Position numbers and translations under genes: made by a program. This document shows, in pieces, positions 26,571-36,450 of a stretch of 64,000 bases of DNA; the stretch's first letter is position 1; each line of letters opens with the position of its first letter. The stretch is from a virus: the IMG/VR virus record IMGVR_UViG_3300017971_000292; one strand, 5' to 3'. The notes under the pieces are model-generated. The model was given only the letters and a program-made list of their open reading frames with translations. It searched no databases and was not told the DNA's origin.

Positions 26571-27773
26571 ATGGCAGATAACATACCAGCATCCAATGAC
26601 GGCACTGCGGACACCACCCCGCCAGTGATCACATCTCACGAACCCCCGGCGTTGCCGAGCGCGAAGGACGCCCTGGGCCTTGACTCTAACCCTGCTTCGG
26701 AGGCGGGTAAGATTTTGGCCGCCCAGCGCAAGAAGATCAATCTGGGCAGCCCGGAACCGGAACCGGAACCTGAGGCGAAACCTGAGGCGAAACCTGAGGC
26801 GAAACCTGAGGCGAAACCTGAGGCGAAACCTGAGGCGAAACCTGAGGCGAAACCTGAGGCTCCCGCAGACCCCCCGAAGTTTAAGGTCGGTGACAAGGAG
26901 TACACCGAGGAGGAGCTGAAGGAACTGCTCAAGAAGCCCGAGGCTCCTGCAGCCCCGGCTGCTCCGGCTGCTCCGGCTGCTCCGCCGGAAGACCCGAATG
27001 CCCCGAAGCCTCCAACTGATGAGGAGATCGCGGCAGCGCGTGAGGCCTACCACGGCAAGCTTGTGACCCAGCTGTCACCACATTCTGTCGTCTCCGGTGA
27101 GGAGGTCGAAGCGATCCTTGGCGGGGGCGAGGACGCAGCCAAGACACTGGGGGACGTCCTCGCACGGACCCAGGCACACGCGCACATTGCTGTTCGTGAA
27201 GAGATTGCGGCGGAGCTGAACCCGATCCTGGACGCTATCCACCAGCAGGTGGCTCCGCTTCAGCAGAACTTCCAGATGACGAACGAGGCGATGGTCGAGT
27301 CGCTGTTTCGCCAGGCGAGGCCCGATCTGGACCCGCACCTCGACACAGCCCGGAAGTTCGCGACGGCATTGCGTGACCAGTATCCGGCTGAGGTCGCGCA
27401 GATGCAGCCGCAGCAATTCGTTGAGCAGGTCGCCGCGCAAACGGAGAACTACTTGCTCCAGCAGGTCAAGGCTCAGGCCCCTTGGTTTAACGGCACGCTC
27501 GCCCAGTGGGCAGAGGTTGTGGCCAAGATGAATCCTGAGGCCGCTACGCCGCCCGCTACGCCGCCGGCAGCGGAGACCCCTCCGGCTACACCCCCGGCCG
27601 CTCCCGCGCCCGCTACGCCGCCGCCAGCGGCTCCAGCGACGCCCCCGGCTGCGAAGCCGAGAGTACCTGCGGCGAATGCTCCCGCAGGCCACCCAAACCT
27701 GATGGCCACGCATCCGGATATGCGCGGACAAAAGGATTTTCATAAGTCGGTTGCTGCGAGTTTGCAGGAGTAA
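26571..27773 (+). CDS. Putative scaffolding protein with (PEAK)n and (PAA)n repeats (400 aa)
   Basis: Position immediately upstream of the capsid gene, helical A/E/Q-rich composition and tandem PEAKPEAK repeats. Confidence 0.6.
   Translation: MADNIPASNDGTADTTPPVITSHEPPALPSAKDALGLDSNPASEAGKILAAQRKKINLGSPEPEPEPEAKPEAKPEAKPEAKPEAKPEAKPEAKPEAPADPPKFKVGDKEYTEEELKELLKKPEAPAAPAAPAAPAAPPEDPNAPKPPTDEEIAAAREAYHGKLVTQLSPHSVVSGEEVEAILGGGEDAAKTLGDVLARTQAHAHIAVREEIAAELNPILDAIHQQVAPLQQNFQMTNEAMVESLFRQARPDLDPHLDTARKFATALRDQYPAEVAQMQPQQFVEQVAAQTENYLLQQVKAQAPWFNGTLAQWAEVVAKMNPEAATPPATPPAAETPPATPPAAPAPATPPPAAPATPPAAKPRVPAANAPAGHPNLMATHPDMRGQKDFHKSVAASLQE
26757..26864 (+). repeat. 12-bp tandem DNA repeat (CCTGAGGCGAAA)x7-8 encoding (PEAK)n, preceded by (CCGGAA)x3
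   Basis: Read directly inside the scaffold gene. Confidence 0.9.
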
Positions 27774-27797
27774 CCGCTGAATCCATCCTAAATCAAT

Positions 27798-27836
27798 CAA
27801 CGCCCTATTGCATTGGTAGGGCGTTGTTTGCTATAT
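27798..27836 (+). terminator. Hairpin CAACGCCCTA-ttgcattgg-TAGGGCGTTG followed by TTTGCTATATT. It is terminator-like and also carries an embedded sigma70-like promoter (TTGCAT-18-TATATT) feeding the capsid gene.
   Basis: A 10-bp perfect stem read directly, with T-rich sequence downstream. Confidence 0.5.
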
Positions 27837-27876
27837 TGGACTGGTAACGGGTGGTAACAATCAAAGGAGGTTTACT

Positions 27877-29130
27877 ATGGCTACCGTGTCAGGCATTCTG
27901 ACCACATCTAATGCGGATACCAACGACTTGGTCGGTGAGTATCAGGAATCCATCTTCGTACGCAACGCGAAGGGTATGAACGCTGGTTCGACTCTGTTTG
28001 GGCTTATGTCCAGGCTGAAGACCGAGCCTGCCGAGAATAACGTCTTCAACTGGTTCGAGCGCGATCCGGTTGTGCGGCAAATCGCCATCGCGACTGCGGA
28101 TGCAACTCCGCCTGCCGCGTACGACGAGGCCGACACCATCGTCGTCGATGACGGCGCGGGAGACACCACGGTCTGGAAGTTCTTGGACCTGGGAACGATT
28201 CTCTACAACATCACGACTGGTGAGTATATGCGAGTGAGCGCACAGCCCACGAGCAATACCATCACCGTGCAACGCGCGATCAACGCCCCGAGCGAGCCTG
28301 TGAGCGGAACCCCGCCCGCAAGCTATGTGACGCTCGACGGTGACTGGTTGACCATCGTGACCCTCGGTAAAGATGAAGGTGCCGTTCCGGTACGCGCCAT
28401 CTACGAGGATCCGTCGATCATCCACAATTACGTCCAGACCTTCAACAGCACTGTTGAGCTGGCCAACGCCTTCAAGGCGAACAAACTCCGATCCGACGCC
28501 GCTGGTCCTCTGCGGGCTCGCCGGGTGCAGGCTCTGGAGCGCGTCGCGAAGGACATCGAGTTCGCCCTACTGTTCGGGTGGCGTCGGAAGCACACGGGCA
28601 CGAACGGCTACGCGTACGCCACTGGCGGTCTCCGCAATGCGGTGGACACTTACGCGTCCAGCAATGCCCTTAACGGGTTGGCTGCAACGGGTGTGACGCT
28701 CGATGCGTTCAACACCTGGTTGCAGGGCTTCATGACCGTCGGGTCCGACTCCAAGTTGGGTCTGTGTGGTCCGCAAGCGTACGCCGCGATCAGTAACTTC
28801 GCCAACAGTGCGACGAACGGGTTCAGAATAATGAACCAAGACACTGTTTTCGGAATGAACATCACCACGATCAACACGCCGTTTGGTGTGCTGGACTTGG
28901 CGTTCCACCCGCTCCTGAAGGAGATCCCGAATTACGGTGACTGGATGTTCGTCGTCGATCTGGCGCACATCATCCAGAAGACGATGGAGCCGCTCTTCTT
29001 GGAGCCCAACATCCAGACCCCTGGACAGGACTCCTACAAGGAGCAGTTCCGCGCCAAGCTCGGACTGAAGCTTCGGTTCGCTGAAGCCTTTGGTTACGCG
29101 TACGACCTGCAGAAGGTCAAGTTGAGCTAA
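27877..29130 (+). CDS. Putative major capsid protein (417 aa)
   Basis: Assigned by synteny (immediately after the scaffold) and by the strong AAAGGAGG RBS. There is no fold-level proof. Confidence 0.55.
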   Translation: MATVSGILTTSNADTNDLVGEYQESIFVRNAKGMNAGSTLFGLMSRLKTEPAENNVFNWFERDPVVRQIAIATADATPPAAYDEADTIVVDDGAGDTTVWKFLDLGTILYNITTGEYMRVSAQPTSNTITVQRAINAPSEPVSGTPPASYVTLDGDWLTIVTLGKDEGAVPVRAIYEDPSIIHNYVQTFNSTVELANAFKANKLRSDAAGPLRARRVQALERVAKDIEFALLFGWRRKHTGTNGYAYATGGLRNAVDTYASSNALNGLAATGVTLDAFNTWLQGFMTVGSDSKLGLCGPQAYAAISNFANSATNGFRIMNQDTVFGMNITTINTPFGVLDLAFHPLLKEIPNYGDWMFVVDLAHIIQKTMEPLFLEPNIQTPGQDSYKEQFRAKLGLKLRFAEAFGYAYDLQKVKLS

Positions 29131-29134
29131 GGCT

Positions 29135-29410
29135 GTGAAGCCGAAACGGATCATCTCTCCGGCGGATGCTGCGGCTCCGCCGGAGAGTCTTAAGAAGGAG
29201 AGAGTCTGGACGTTCAAGAAGTGGCGGCCGGCTGATCCAGTTAGGTTCGAGGATGGCTCGACGTTTCGGTTTCCCTTGCAAAAGCTTAGGACAGGGGGGT
29301 ATGATAGTTCCAGTACTTTGGACGTGTCAGACCCCGAGTTGGCAGAGAAGTTAAAGGCAGTCATCGAGGCCGGAGACACGACACTGTGTGAAGTGGACTA
29401 CGGCGATTAG
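29135..29410 (+). CDS. Hypothetical protein (91 aa). It ends with a TAG stop.
   Basis: ORF track. Confidence 0.5.
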   Translation: MKPKRIISPADAAAPPESLKKERVWTFKKWRPADPVRFEDGSTFRFPLQKLRTGGYDSSSTLDVSDPELAEKLKAVIEAGDTTLCEVDYGD

Positions 29411-29419
29411 GAGGCAATT

Positions 29420-29584
29420 ATGCGACCTGTAAAAGAAATTGGACAAAAGGCGAGCTCTTCGGTGAAGAGTGGCGTGAAGCACACCAGTAACGAACGCTTC
29501 GGCGGTATGCCCGGTAAAAAGGGTGTCGGAGAGATCGAGAAGGTGAACACGCCCTCCAAAGCCCCTGGGTCCGTCCGTGCTTAA
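29420..29584 (+). CDS. Small hypothetical protein (54 aa, MRPVKEIGQKASSSVKSGVKHTSNERFGGMPGKKG...)
   Basis: Hand-translated ORF with a GGAGGCAATTATG RBS. Confidence 0.4.
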   Translation: MRPVKEIGQKASSSVKSGVKHTSNERFGGMPGKKGVGEIEKVNTPSKAPGSVRA

Positions 29585-29806
29585 GTCACGCGGCTCAACC
29601 ACAACCTTAACGCTCTCGCGATATGGTTAGGCAACAGCCAAATGACCTGGACCGGCGTGCGGCTCAGTCCGGCGTGCCCTTCGGGAAGTACCGGGAAAAG
29701 GATTTCCAGATCCCGGTGAAGCCTGTGGCGCAAGTCGAGAGGGGCACACGACCCAAATCCTGCCCTACCTGCAAAGGTAGTCGGTAGGTGCCGGGACAAC
29801 CTTAAC

Positions 29807-29851
29807 CAGCGGTCGTAGGGGGTGCTTGCCCCCGCGACCGCTCTTTGCTAT
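29807..29851 (+). terminator. GC-rich hairpin AGCGGTCG-TAGGGGG-tgcttg-CCCCCG-CGACCGCT followed by CTTTGCTATCAT
   Basis: Read directly. It shares a TTTGCTAT tail with the 27798 hairpin. Confidence 0.45.
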
Positions 29852-29860
29852 CATGCAGTT

Positions 29861-30520
29861 ATGAATAAGGGCGAGCTCATCCGATACCTCGAACGCTCCG
29901 TGAATCGGCCGGACATGGCCGATGCCTATTCCGACTGGATCAATCAGGGTCTTCGGAGCATCTACCAGGCCCATTCGTTCCTCTGTATGAAGGACCGTAT
30001 CACCGTCACGGTCGCTAACCAGACGACGTCAGCGGTGCTCCCAGCGAACTTCAAGGAGCTCCAGGCGGAGCGGTCGCCGATCTACATGCAGGGGCAGGAC
30101 GGTACCCTTCTGCCGTGTAAGATCACCCGGGAGGCACTCGAGCGAAGACTGCTCACGGCCAACCAAACGATTGTCGTGCCCACCAACCCGTCAACGCTGT
30201 TCAGGGATTTGCCGGTGTGGCTCGACTGGGACGCGAATGATGCGTACCTCTATTTGCTTTACCCCACGACGGGGGATACCGAGTTTGTCATCAAGTGCTT
30301 CAACTACCTGGCCGACTTGCAGAACGATGACGACGCGAACTACATCACGCGCACCTATGAAGAGATGGTGAAGGCGAAGGTCGCGGCGGTGGCCTACGAA
30401 GAGCTGCGTGATCCTGAGTGGAGGGACCAGGAGGAGCTCTATCATTTGCGGCTCAAGAAGGCGAAGGCCGACGACCTGTATCGCGCGCAGAAAGGTCGGA
30501 TCACCCAAATGGGACAATAA
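29861..30520 (+). CDS. Hypothetical virion-module protein (~219 aa), possible head-tail connector or tail tube protein
   Basis: ORF 29822..30520 trimmed to Met MNKGELIRYLE. The functional guess is by position only. Confidence 0.5.
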   Translation: MNKGELIRYLERSVNRPDMADAYSDWINQGLRSIYQAHSFLCMKDRITVTVANQTTSAVLPANFKELQAERSPIYMQGQDGTLLPCKITREALERRLLTANQTIVVPTNPSTLFRDLPVWLDWDANDAYLYLLYPTTGDTEFVIKCFNYLADLQNDDDANYITRTYEEMVKAKVAAVAYEELRDPEWRDQEELYHLRLKKAKADDLYRAQKGRITQMGQ

Positions 30521-30529
30521 GGAGGAAAT

Positions 30530-31516
30530 ATGGCTCTTTTAGGAGATGGATTCAACCCACAGGAACCAGCCGACAGCGACCTCGTGAAGTACGGCGCATC
30601 GTGGATGCGCGACATCAAGAACCGGCTCAAGGGCTGGGGGCAGGTCCTGTTCGATTTGAACACGGGGAGGCTGCGGGACAACGTCATCGCCTCGTCTAAG
30701 TTGAAGTCCCTTAGTCCAGATCCCGCTGGGGCGTACAACTGGGGGTCGGTCAATTCGAAGGGGCAGGTAACTGCCGGCCAGGACGTCGAGATCCCGAGTC
30801 GCGGGCGCGCGGTCAGTGAGATGTTCATCGGGTCAATCCTTGAAGAGTCGGCGTCGACTCCCGTGAGTCCTCTGGCTCCTGGGGCTGCGCTTCGGTTCAA
30901 CCCGGACACCAACGCGTTCTACACGGAGGTCAACGACGAGTGGATACTGACGAGCGCGGATACGGAGGGTGATGTTAACCACTGGAGTGCACGAAAGCTT
31001 TGGACCGTTCCGACTGGGGTTACCCAAGTGCGGGTAGTTGCCATCGGTGGTGGAGGGGGCGGCGAGCTTCTGGCTACCCCCTATGGTGGTGCAGGAGGCA
31101 CTTGGGCGATGGTCAACTTTATCGTCGAGCCCCAGCAGCAATGGGAGCTCTGGATCGGGTCCGGGGGCGAGGGAGGCGCGACCAATGACGGTCACGACGG
31201 GACGCTTACACGCTTCTATCTCGATGCCACACGTTTCGTCAAGTGCAAGGGCGGGAACGGCGCGAAGAGCGGGGCCGGCGGCACCGTCCCGTTCCCGATG
31301 AGCAATTTCGGCACGGGCCACACGACGCAGTATATTGGAATTCAATCCTATGGGGAGCCCGGCGGGCAGCCGAATGGGGGAGCCTGCGGCAACGGCTGTG
31401 TCGGTGGATTCAGCAACAATTACGTCGGTAAGAATTACGGTGCTGGTGGTGCCGGGGATGCTGTGCAAGGTCAAGCCGGCGGTCCTGGCGTCATCATCCT
31501 CGACTACATCTACTAA
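30530..31516 (+). CDS. Glycine-rich putative tail-fibre / receptor-binding protein (328 aa)
   Basis: AAGGAGGAAATATG RBS. The C-terminal half has GGGGGG, GGAGG, GSGGEGG and similar motifs. Confidence 0.6.
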   Translation: MALLGDGFNPQEPADSDLVKYGASWMRDIKNRLKGWGQVLFDLNTGRLRDNVIASSKLKSLSPDPAGAYNWGSVNSKGQVTAGQDVEIPSRGRAVSEMFIGSILEESASTPVSPLAPGAALRFNPDTNAFYTEVNDEWILTSADTEGDVNHWSARKLWTVPTGVTQVRVVAIGGGGGGELLATPYGGAGGTWAMVNFIVEPQQQWELWIGSGGEGGATNDGHDGTLTRFYLDATRFVKCKGGNGAKSGAGGTVPFPMSNFGTGHTTQYIGIQSYGEPGGQPNGGACGNGCVGGFSNNYVGKNYGAGGAGDAVQGQAGGPGVIILDYIY

Positions 31517-34164
31517 TGCGTCGCAAGAACGACATCAAGAAAGAGGTCAAGGGACCTCAAACTGGACTCGTAACACGCTTCCCCACTGACCTTACCGGTG
31601 AGGCAGCGGACCAGGCGCTGAGTGACGCGTCTAACGTGCGCGCCCAGGACGGCTCGCTGTCTAACGCCCCAGGCCACGAGCGTGTGGTCATCGATGGCGA
31701 CGGGCTGGGCTCAGAGCCTATTACGATCTGGCAGGCTAACATCCTGAGTACTTCCAGGGACGTTCGCCGGTCGGTGCTTGTTGGGACCGCACAGCGGGCA
31801 TACGAGCTCAAGCGGCGTGCAATCGAGATTGACTGCTCTGATACCTGCGCCCTCAAGTTCGCGTTCGTTGCCGATACTGGCAAGATTGGGGACGCCGCGT
31901 CGAACATCGCTCAGATGGTTCGCAAGTGGAACCCCGACGTGGTTCTGCACGGTGGGGATATCGTCTACTCCGATGGGTACGATAATGTCGGTGGAGCTAA
32001 CCCGAGTGTCGCCCCCTACGAGGATCTGCTCGCTCAGTATTACTGGTGGGCCATCGGAGGGTAGAACGGCTCTTACGGGCTGGGGCCGACCGACAACAAA
32101 CTCTTTCCGGCTCTTGGAAACCATGATCTGACGGACTGGCCGTACCAGCTGAACAACGCGTTCTTCAACCTCCCCGGTAACGGCCGGTCGTACGACTTTA
32201 AGGTGGGACCGGTCCACTTCGTAGTGCTGAACGCGAACGAGTCCGCGTACTCCGGGTACGACGGGTATGACCCAGTCGCGGTAGCGTCAGCACAGCAGAC
32301 GTGGGCGTCTGGCGTGATCGCGTTCAGTGATTGCCCGTGGGTTGTCGTGGTAGGCCACTCCCCTCCGTACACCAGCGATACCCTGCATACGCCGGGACTC
32401 GCGGACGTGCGGTGGTTGGATTCCGAGCCCATATCTCTTGGGCTGTTCGGCCATGCACACAACTACGAGCGGCTTGAGTCCAACGGGAAGACCTACATGG
32501 TGTGTGGGGCCAGCGGCCACTCCTTGCGTGGCTTCGGCACCCCGCTGGCGGAGAGTAAGTTCCGAGACTCCTCGCAGTACGGCGCGATTTTAGTGGAGGT
32601 CGACAAGGACCAGTTGGTCGCCAAGTACTACCACGTCGACGGGTCTCTGGTAGACTCCCACACCAGCGCGGCCCCGATCCGGGGACTCACGACTTGTTAC
32701 ACAACCAAGTCTGTGCGGACGTTGGAGGTTACTCCCTCTTTTGCGGAGTTGGAGATCGGGCAGTCGTACCAATACCGAGCTTACGCCACCTACGAGGACG
32801 GCACGCGGGCGGACGTGACGGACGACTCTACTGTCTGGGCAATCGAGGAGGGGACCATCGCTACAATGACCGCAGGTAAGGCCTACGGGGTCAACCTCGG
32901 CACTACCACGATCTCCGCCACGCACCGTGGGATCACCGCTGAGGCGGGGCTGTCGGTCAAGGCACAGTGTGTGGATATCCGCCGAGACTGGCTGTGGTGC
33001 GTGGAGCGGTCGGCTTCGATGGAGCAGACGGCGAACGGCAAGCGTATCCTGACCCACCTCGCAGAGGCGATGGTTGGCTGCACCCAGCGGATGCAGGATA
33101 CAGACACGTCAGGAGTGACGAGCTTTGCTGGTGATTACGATTTGCAGACGGCGGACGCCTACATCAACCACCCGCTCGACAGCGACAAGTCCCAGACAGT
33201 TCGGGAGTTCGAGTCGCTTCGCGGAACAGACGATTCTGACATCTCTGGTGGACTTGACCTTTGCTACGAGCAGCTGCTTGACGCGGACGTCCACAACTCC
33301 GAGGACCGTGGAGTCGTGGTGCTGATCGTCGACGGACCGGCGCGGGTTACAGACCCGGGCGGTGATGGGACGATGGAGACGGCGATGGCGGCAGCCAAGG
33401 TCTCAGCCGACCGGATCAAGACGCTGCCAGGTGCGATTCTTGTCGTCATAGGGTACAATGTAGACACCACGTACACACAGCTTGTGACGGACCTCGCGAC
33501 TCCGGGGTACTACTTCGATGTCCGGGACATCGACGAACTGCGTAACACTGTGGAGCAGATGCCATCCATCATCTGTGAGTTCGGGGACAACCCCTACAAT
33601 TACTACTACGCGTGCGTCAGTCCTCAACTGGACTACACTGGCTTCATCAACTGGGATGTGACCAACGGCGTGGTTGACCTTTGCGGGGAGGGTACGAACG
33701 GCATCGAACTCTATAATCAGTTCCCGGGGAACGGGCTCTACATCGATATGGTTGGGACGAACTCGAATAACTCAATCGGGAACAAGCAGCGCGAGGGGCA
33801 CATGACGTCCAAAGTGTCGTACAATTTCGAGGCCGGCAAGCGGTACAAGTTCTCTATCGACGTCTCGGGCACGGGCCGCCAGGAGAACGAGTATCCGATG
33901 AGCATCCACTGCCTCATCGGGAGTTTACTCAACGTCAAGGCGACGAAGGGTCCGAAGTCTCAGGCGGACAACTTCAGTACGTTCTCGTGGGAGTTCGACG
34001 TGACCTCAACGGTGTCCGAGAGCATCCAGTTAATCATGGAACGCACGGGCCAGGATCCTGTGAGTGTGGTGGGCCTCTTTATCAAGGATGTTAAGCTTGA
34101 AAACCTCACGGACACCACGATAATGCTCCTCGACAGTTTCGACGGCGAAAACGCTTGTGTCTAA
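31516..34164 (+). CDS. Purple-acid-phosphatase-like metallophosphoesterase fused to Ig-like (Big_2-like) and vWA-like regions (~882 aa if read through). One in-frame TAG at 32062..32064 interrupts it.
   Basis: All five phosphoesterase motifs are present in order and in one frame: VADTG, GDIVY, [TAG], GNHD, VVVGHSPPY and GHAHNYER. The six-frame track splits it into 31516..32064 and 32203..34164. No other stop lies between 32065 and 34164. Confidence 0.6.
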
Positions 34165-34167
34165 CCT

Positions 34168-36423
34168 ATGCGCGACCAACTAACGATTGTTGTGACCAGC
34201 CACCAACGGGCTGATCGACTCACCAAATGTCTGGCCTCCATCCCTCAGGGATTTCCTGTTGTCGTCTCCGGCAGCGCGACTACTGATGCGGTAGCAAAGG
34301 TAGTCAAGGAATTCGGGCGGGCCACAGCCACTCTCCGGGCGCACGACCTCGGCGTGAACGAGACGTGGCTCCGTGGTGTGTATCTGGCGCGTACCCCGTA
34401 CGTACTGATCCTCCACGACGATGACTGGCTGTCGCCTAATTTCGGGGAGACCTACGACAACATCATCGCTCCGCAGCTGCTAAGTGGGACCGCCGGGTGG
34501 GTGCTTGGCGGCGCAGACGCCTATGATGACGACGGCAAGCTGAAGTTTCGGACGCGGGAGTTCGACCGCCAGACGGGCGTCATGGGGCCGGCTAAGCTCG
34601 CAGCCGCGCTCTACGTCCACAACCGACTTGCGATCTCCCCCGTCAACTGCATCTACGAGCGGGATCTGTGCGTCCGCACACTCAAGGATTTCGAGCGGCG
34701 TTTCAAGGGCCCGGGCTGCGCAACAAGCCCTACGATGCTCGCCGGGAATGATCTCCTGCTTATGCTTCGGCACGTTGAGACGTTCGGGTCTCTTCTATAC
34801 GTGAACGAGCCGTTGGCCTGTTATGGCATTCACGAGGGCTCCACTACGTGGTCGCACATCCAGAGTCGGAAGCAGCAGAAGCTTGCGGATGCGTACAACT
34901 ACACGCGGCGCGTAACCCTCCGGGACGAGGTCTGTGAGCTGACAGACACTGCGCCGACGCCGTTCATCCACATCGCACACTCACTACCACCGAAGCTGGA
35001 TTCCAGGCACTCCATCGCTCGAGGATCGTGGCGGTTCCTGCTGGAGCGCCCCGAGGTCATGTCGCACCAGTACGCCCCCGATATGCTCGCGCGTCACTCG
35101 GGATCTCAGTTAGGGGACGAGCGCCCTGTGCCGTTCCTGCGAGATCTGCTGGATGCCACATACGACATTGCGCGTCCGGAGGATTGGCTGATCTACGCCA
35201 ACGCGGACATCGGCTTCTCCCGCGTGAGCGCACAGCGGTTTCTCGATGCGTTGTCGCATCACCCGGAGGTCTGCTACTTTTACCGTCGGCAGATCCCAGT
35301 CATGAGTGACCAAGTGGAGTGGATCTCGCCGGAGATGGGGGCGCACGACGGGGGCGTGGACGCGTTCGCGATCAAGGCATCGATTTGGCCGGAGTTCCGG
35401 CGGTATCTTCCGGACTTTGTGATTGGGAGGGAGGGCTGGGATTTCTGTGTGAGACCTTTGATGAACTACTGGTGTCGCGCGAAAGACCAGCCTGCTCCTG
35501 ACGTTGATAATACAATTTGGCATCATCCACATGTGTCGCATTGGCTGAAGTCCACGGAGCGCACGCGCAACCCGGGCAACCGCCACAACCTGCGAACGCT
35601 GGACAACTGGGTGAAGACCCACCCGGTGATCGCCGGCAACGGCGGTATGGTCATACCGGCCCAGGGCATCGAGTTCCAGGACGCCCCGCGATTCGTGCCG
35701 GGCGAGACCATTACCACTTCCGGCGAGGACGGTCTGATCCTTAGCGTCTGCATCACCTGTATGGATCGTGCGGATGTCTTGGAGACGACGCTGCCGGCCA
35801 ACCTGGAGTCTGCCGCAGGGCTGCCGGTAGAGTTCGTGGTCATGGACTACTCCAGTCACGCGGAGGACGCTGTCAAGGACCTTGTGAAGCGGATGCGTGA
35901 GAAGTACCCGGATGCCCGGCTCCGCGCGTATCGCCACGAAGGCGAGCAGTATTGGCAGCCGAGCCATGCCAAGAACATGGCCCACAAACATGCACGCGGC
36001 CCGGTGGTATGCAACCTCGATGCGGACACATTCCTTGATGAGCACGCCCAAGCATTCCTCATCCGCAACGTGCGGAAGAACGCGTTTGTCGCCCCCCAGA
36101 TCTCCGACATGATGGGGACCATCGCCTTCCACAAAGACGACTTCGGCTACCTGGGGGGATACGACGAGCGGTTCAACAAGGGGTACGGTCACGAAGACTC
36201 CGACCTTGTGGCCCGGGCGCTGCGGTCAGAGATGTGTCAGGTGGAGCTTCCGCCAACCATGCGGAGCCGGATCCACCACGACTCCAGCAAGCGCGTGAGT
36301 CGCACCCGCATCAAGGACTACCGTAAGGCGTACAAGGCCCATCGGGACCTATTCCTGAAGGGGGACGTGATCTGCGCCAACGCTGGCCAGGGCTGGGGGC
36401 GTGGGGAAGTTGTTGAGCTTTGA
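34168..36423 (+). CDS. Two-domain family-2 glycosyltransferase (751 aa)
   Basis: N-terminal domain IVVTSHQRADRL...ILHDDDW. C-terminal domain SVCITCMDRADVLETTL...CNLDADTF...GGYDERFNKGYGHEDSDL (GT-A DxD plus a galactosyltransferase-like motif). Confidence 0.7.
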   Translation: MRDQLTIVVTSHQRADRLTKCLASIPQGFPVVVSGSATTDAVAKVVKEFGRATATLRAHDLGVNETWLRGVYLARTPYVLILHDDDWLSPNFGETYDNIIAPQLLSGTAGWVLGGADAYDDDGKLKFRTREFDRQTGVMGPAKLAAALYVHNRLAISPVNCIYERDLCVRTLKDFERRFKGPGCATSPTMLAGNDLLLMLRHVETFGSLLYVNEPLACYGIHEGSTTWSHIQSRKQQKLADAYNYTRRVTLRDEVCELTDTAPTPFIHIAHSLPPKLDSRHSIARGSWRFLLERPEVMSHQYAPDMLARHSGSQLGDERPVPFLRDLLDATYDIARPEDWLIYANADIGFSRVSAQRFLDALSHHPEVCYFYRRQIPVMSDQVEWISPEMGAHDGGVDAFAIKASIWPEFRRYLPDFVIGREGWDFCVRPLMNYWCRAKDQPAPDVDNTIWHHPHVSHWLKSTERTRNPGNRHNLRTLDNWVKTHPVIAGNGGMVIPAQGIEFQDAPRFVPGETITTSGEDGLILSVCITCMDRADVLETTLPANLESAAGLPVEFVVMDYSSHAEDAVKDLVKRMREKYPDARLRAYRHEGEQYWQPSHAKNMAHKHARGPVVCNLDADTFLDEHAQAFLIRNVRKNAFVAPQISDMMGTIAFHKDDFGYLGGYDERFNKGYGHEDSDLVARALRSEMCQVELPPTMRSRIHHDSSKRVSRTRIKDYRKAYKAHRDLFLKGDVICANAGQGWGRGEVVEL

Positions 36424-36450
36424 GGCCCAAGAGGCTATACTCGCAGAACA

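Noticed and set aside
26757-26864. CRISPR array
   Set aside because: The repeats are 12 bp, perfectly tandem with no spacers, and in frame inside a protein-coding gene (PEAK repeats). The other tandem repeats (91..115 and 58430..58464) are 6-7-bp microsatellite-like. No repeat-spacer architecture exists anywhere in the window.
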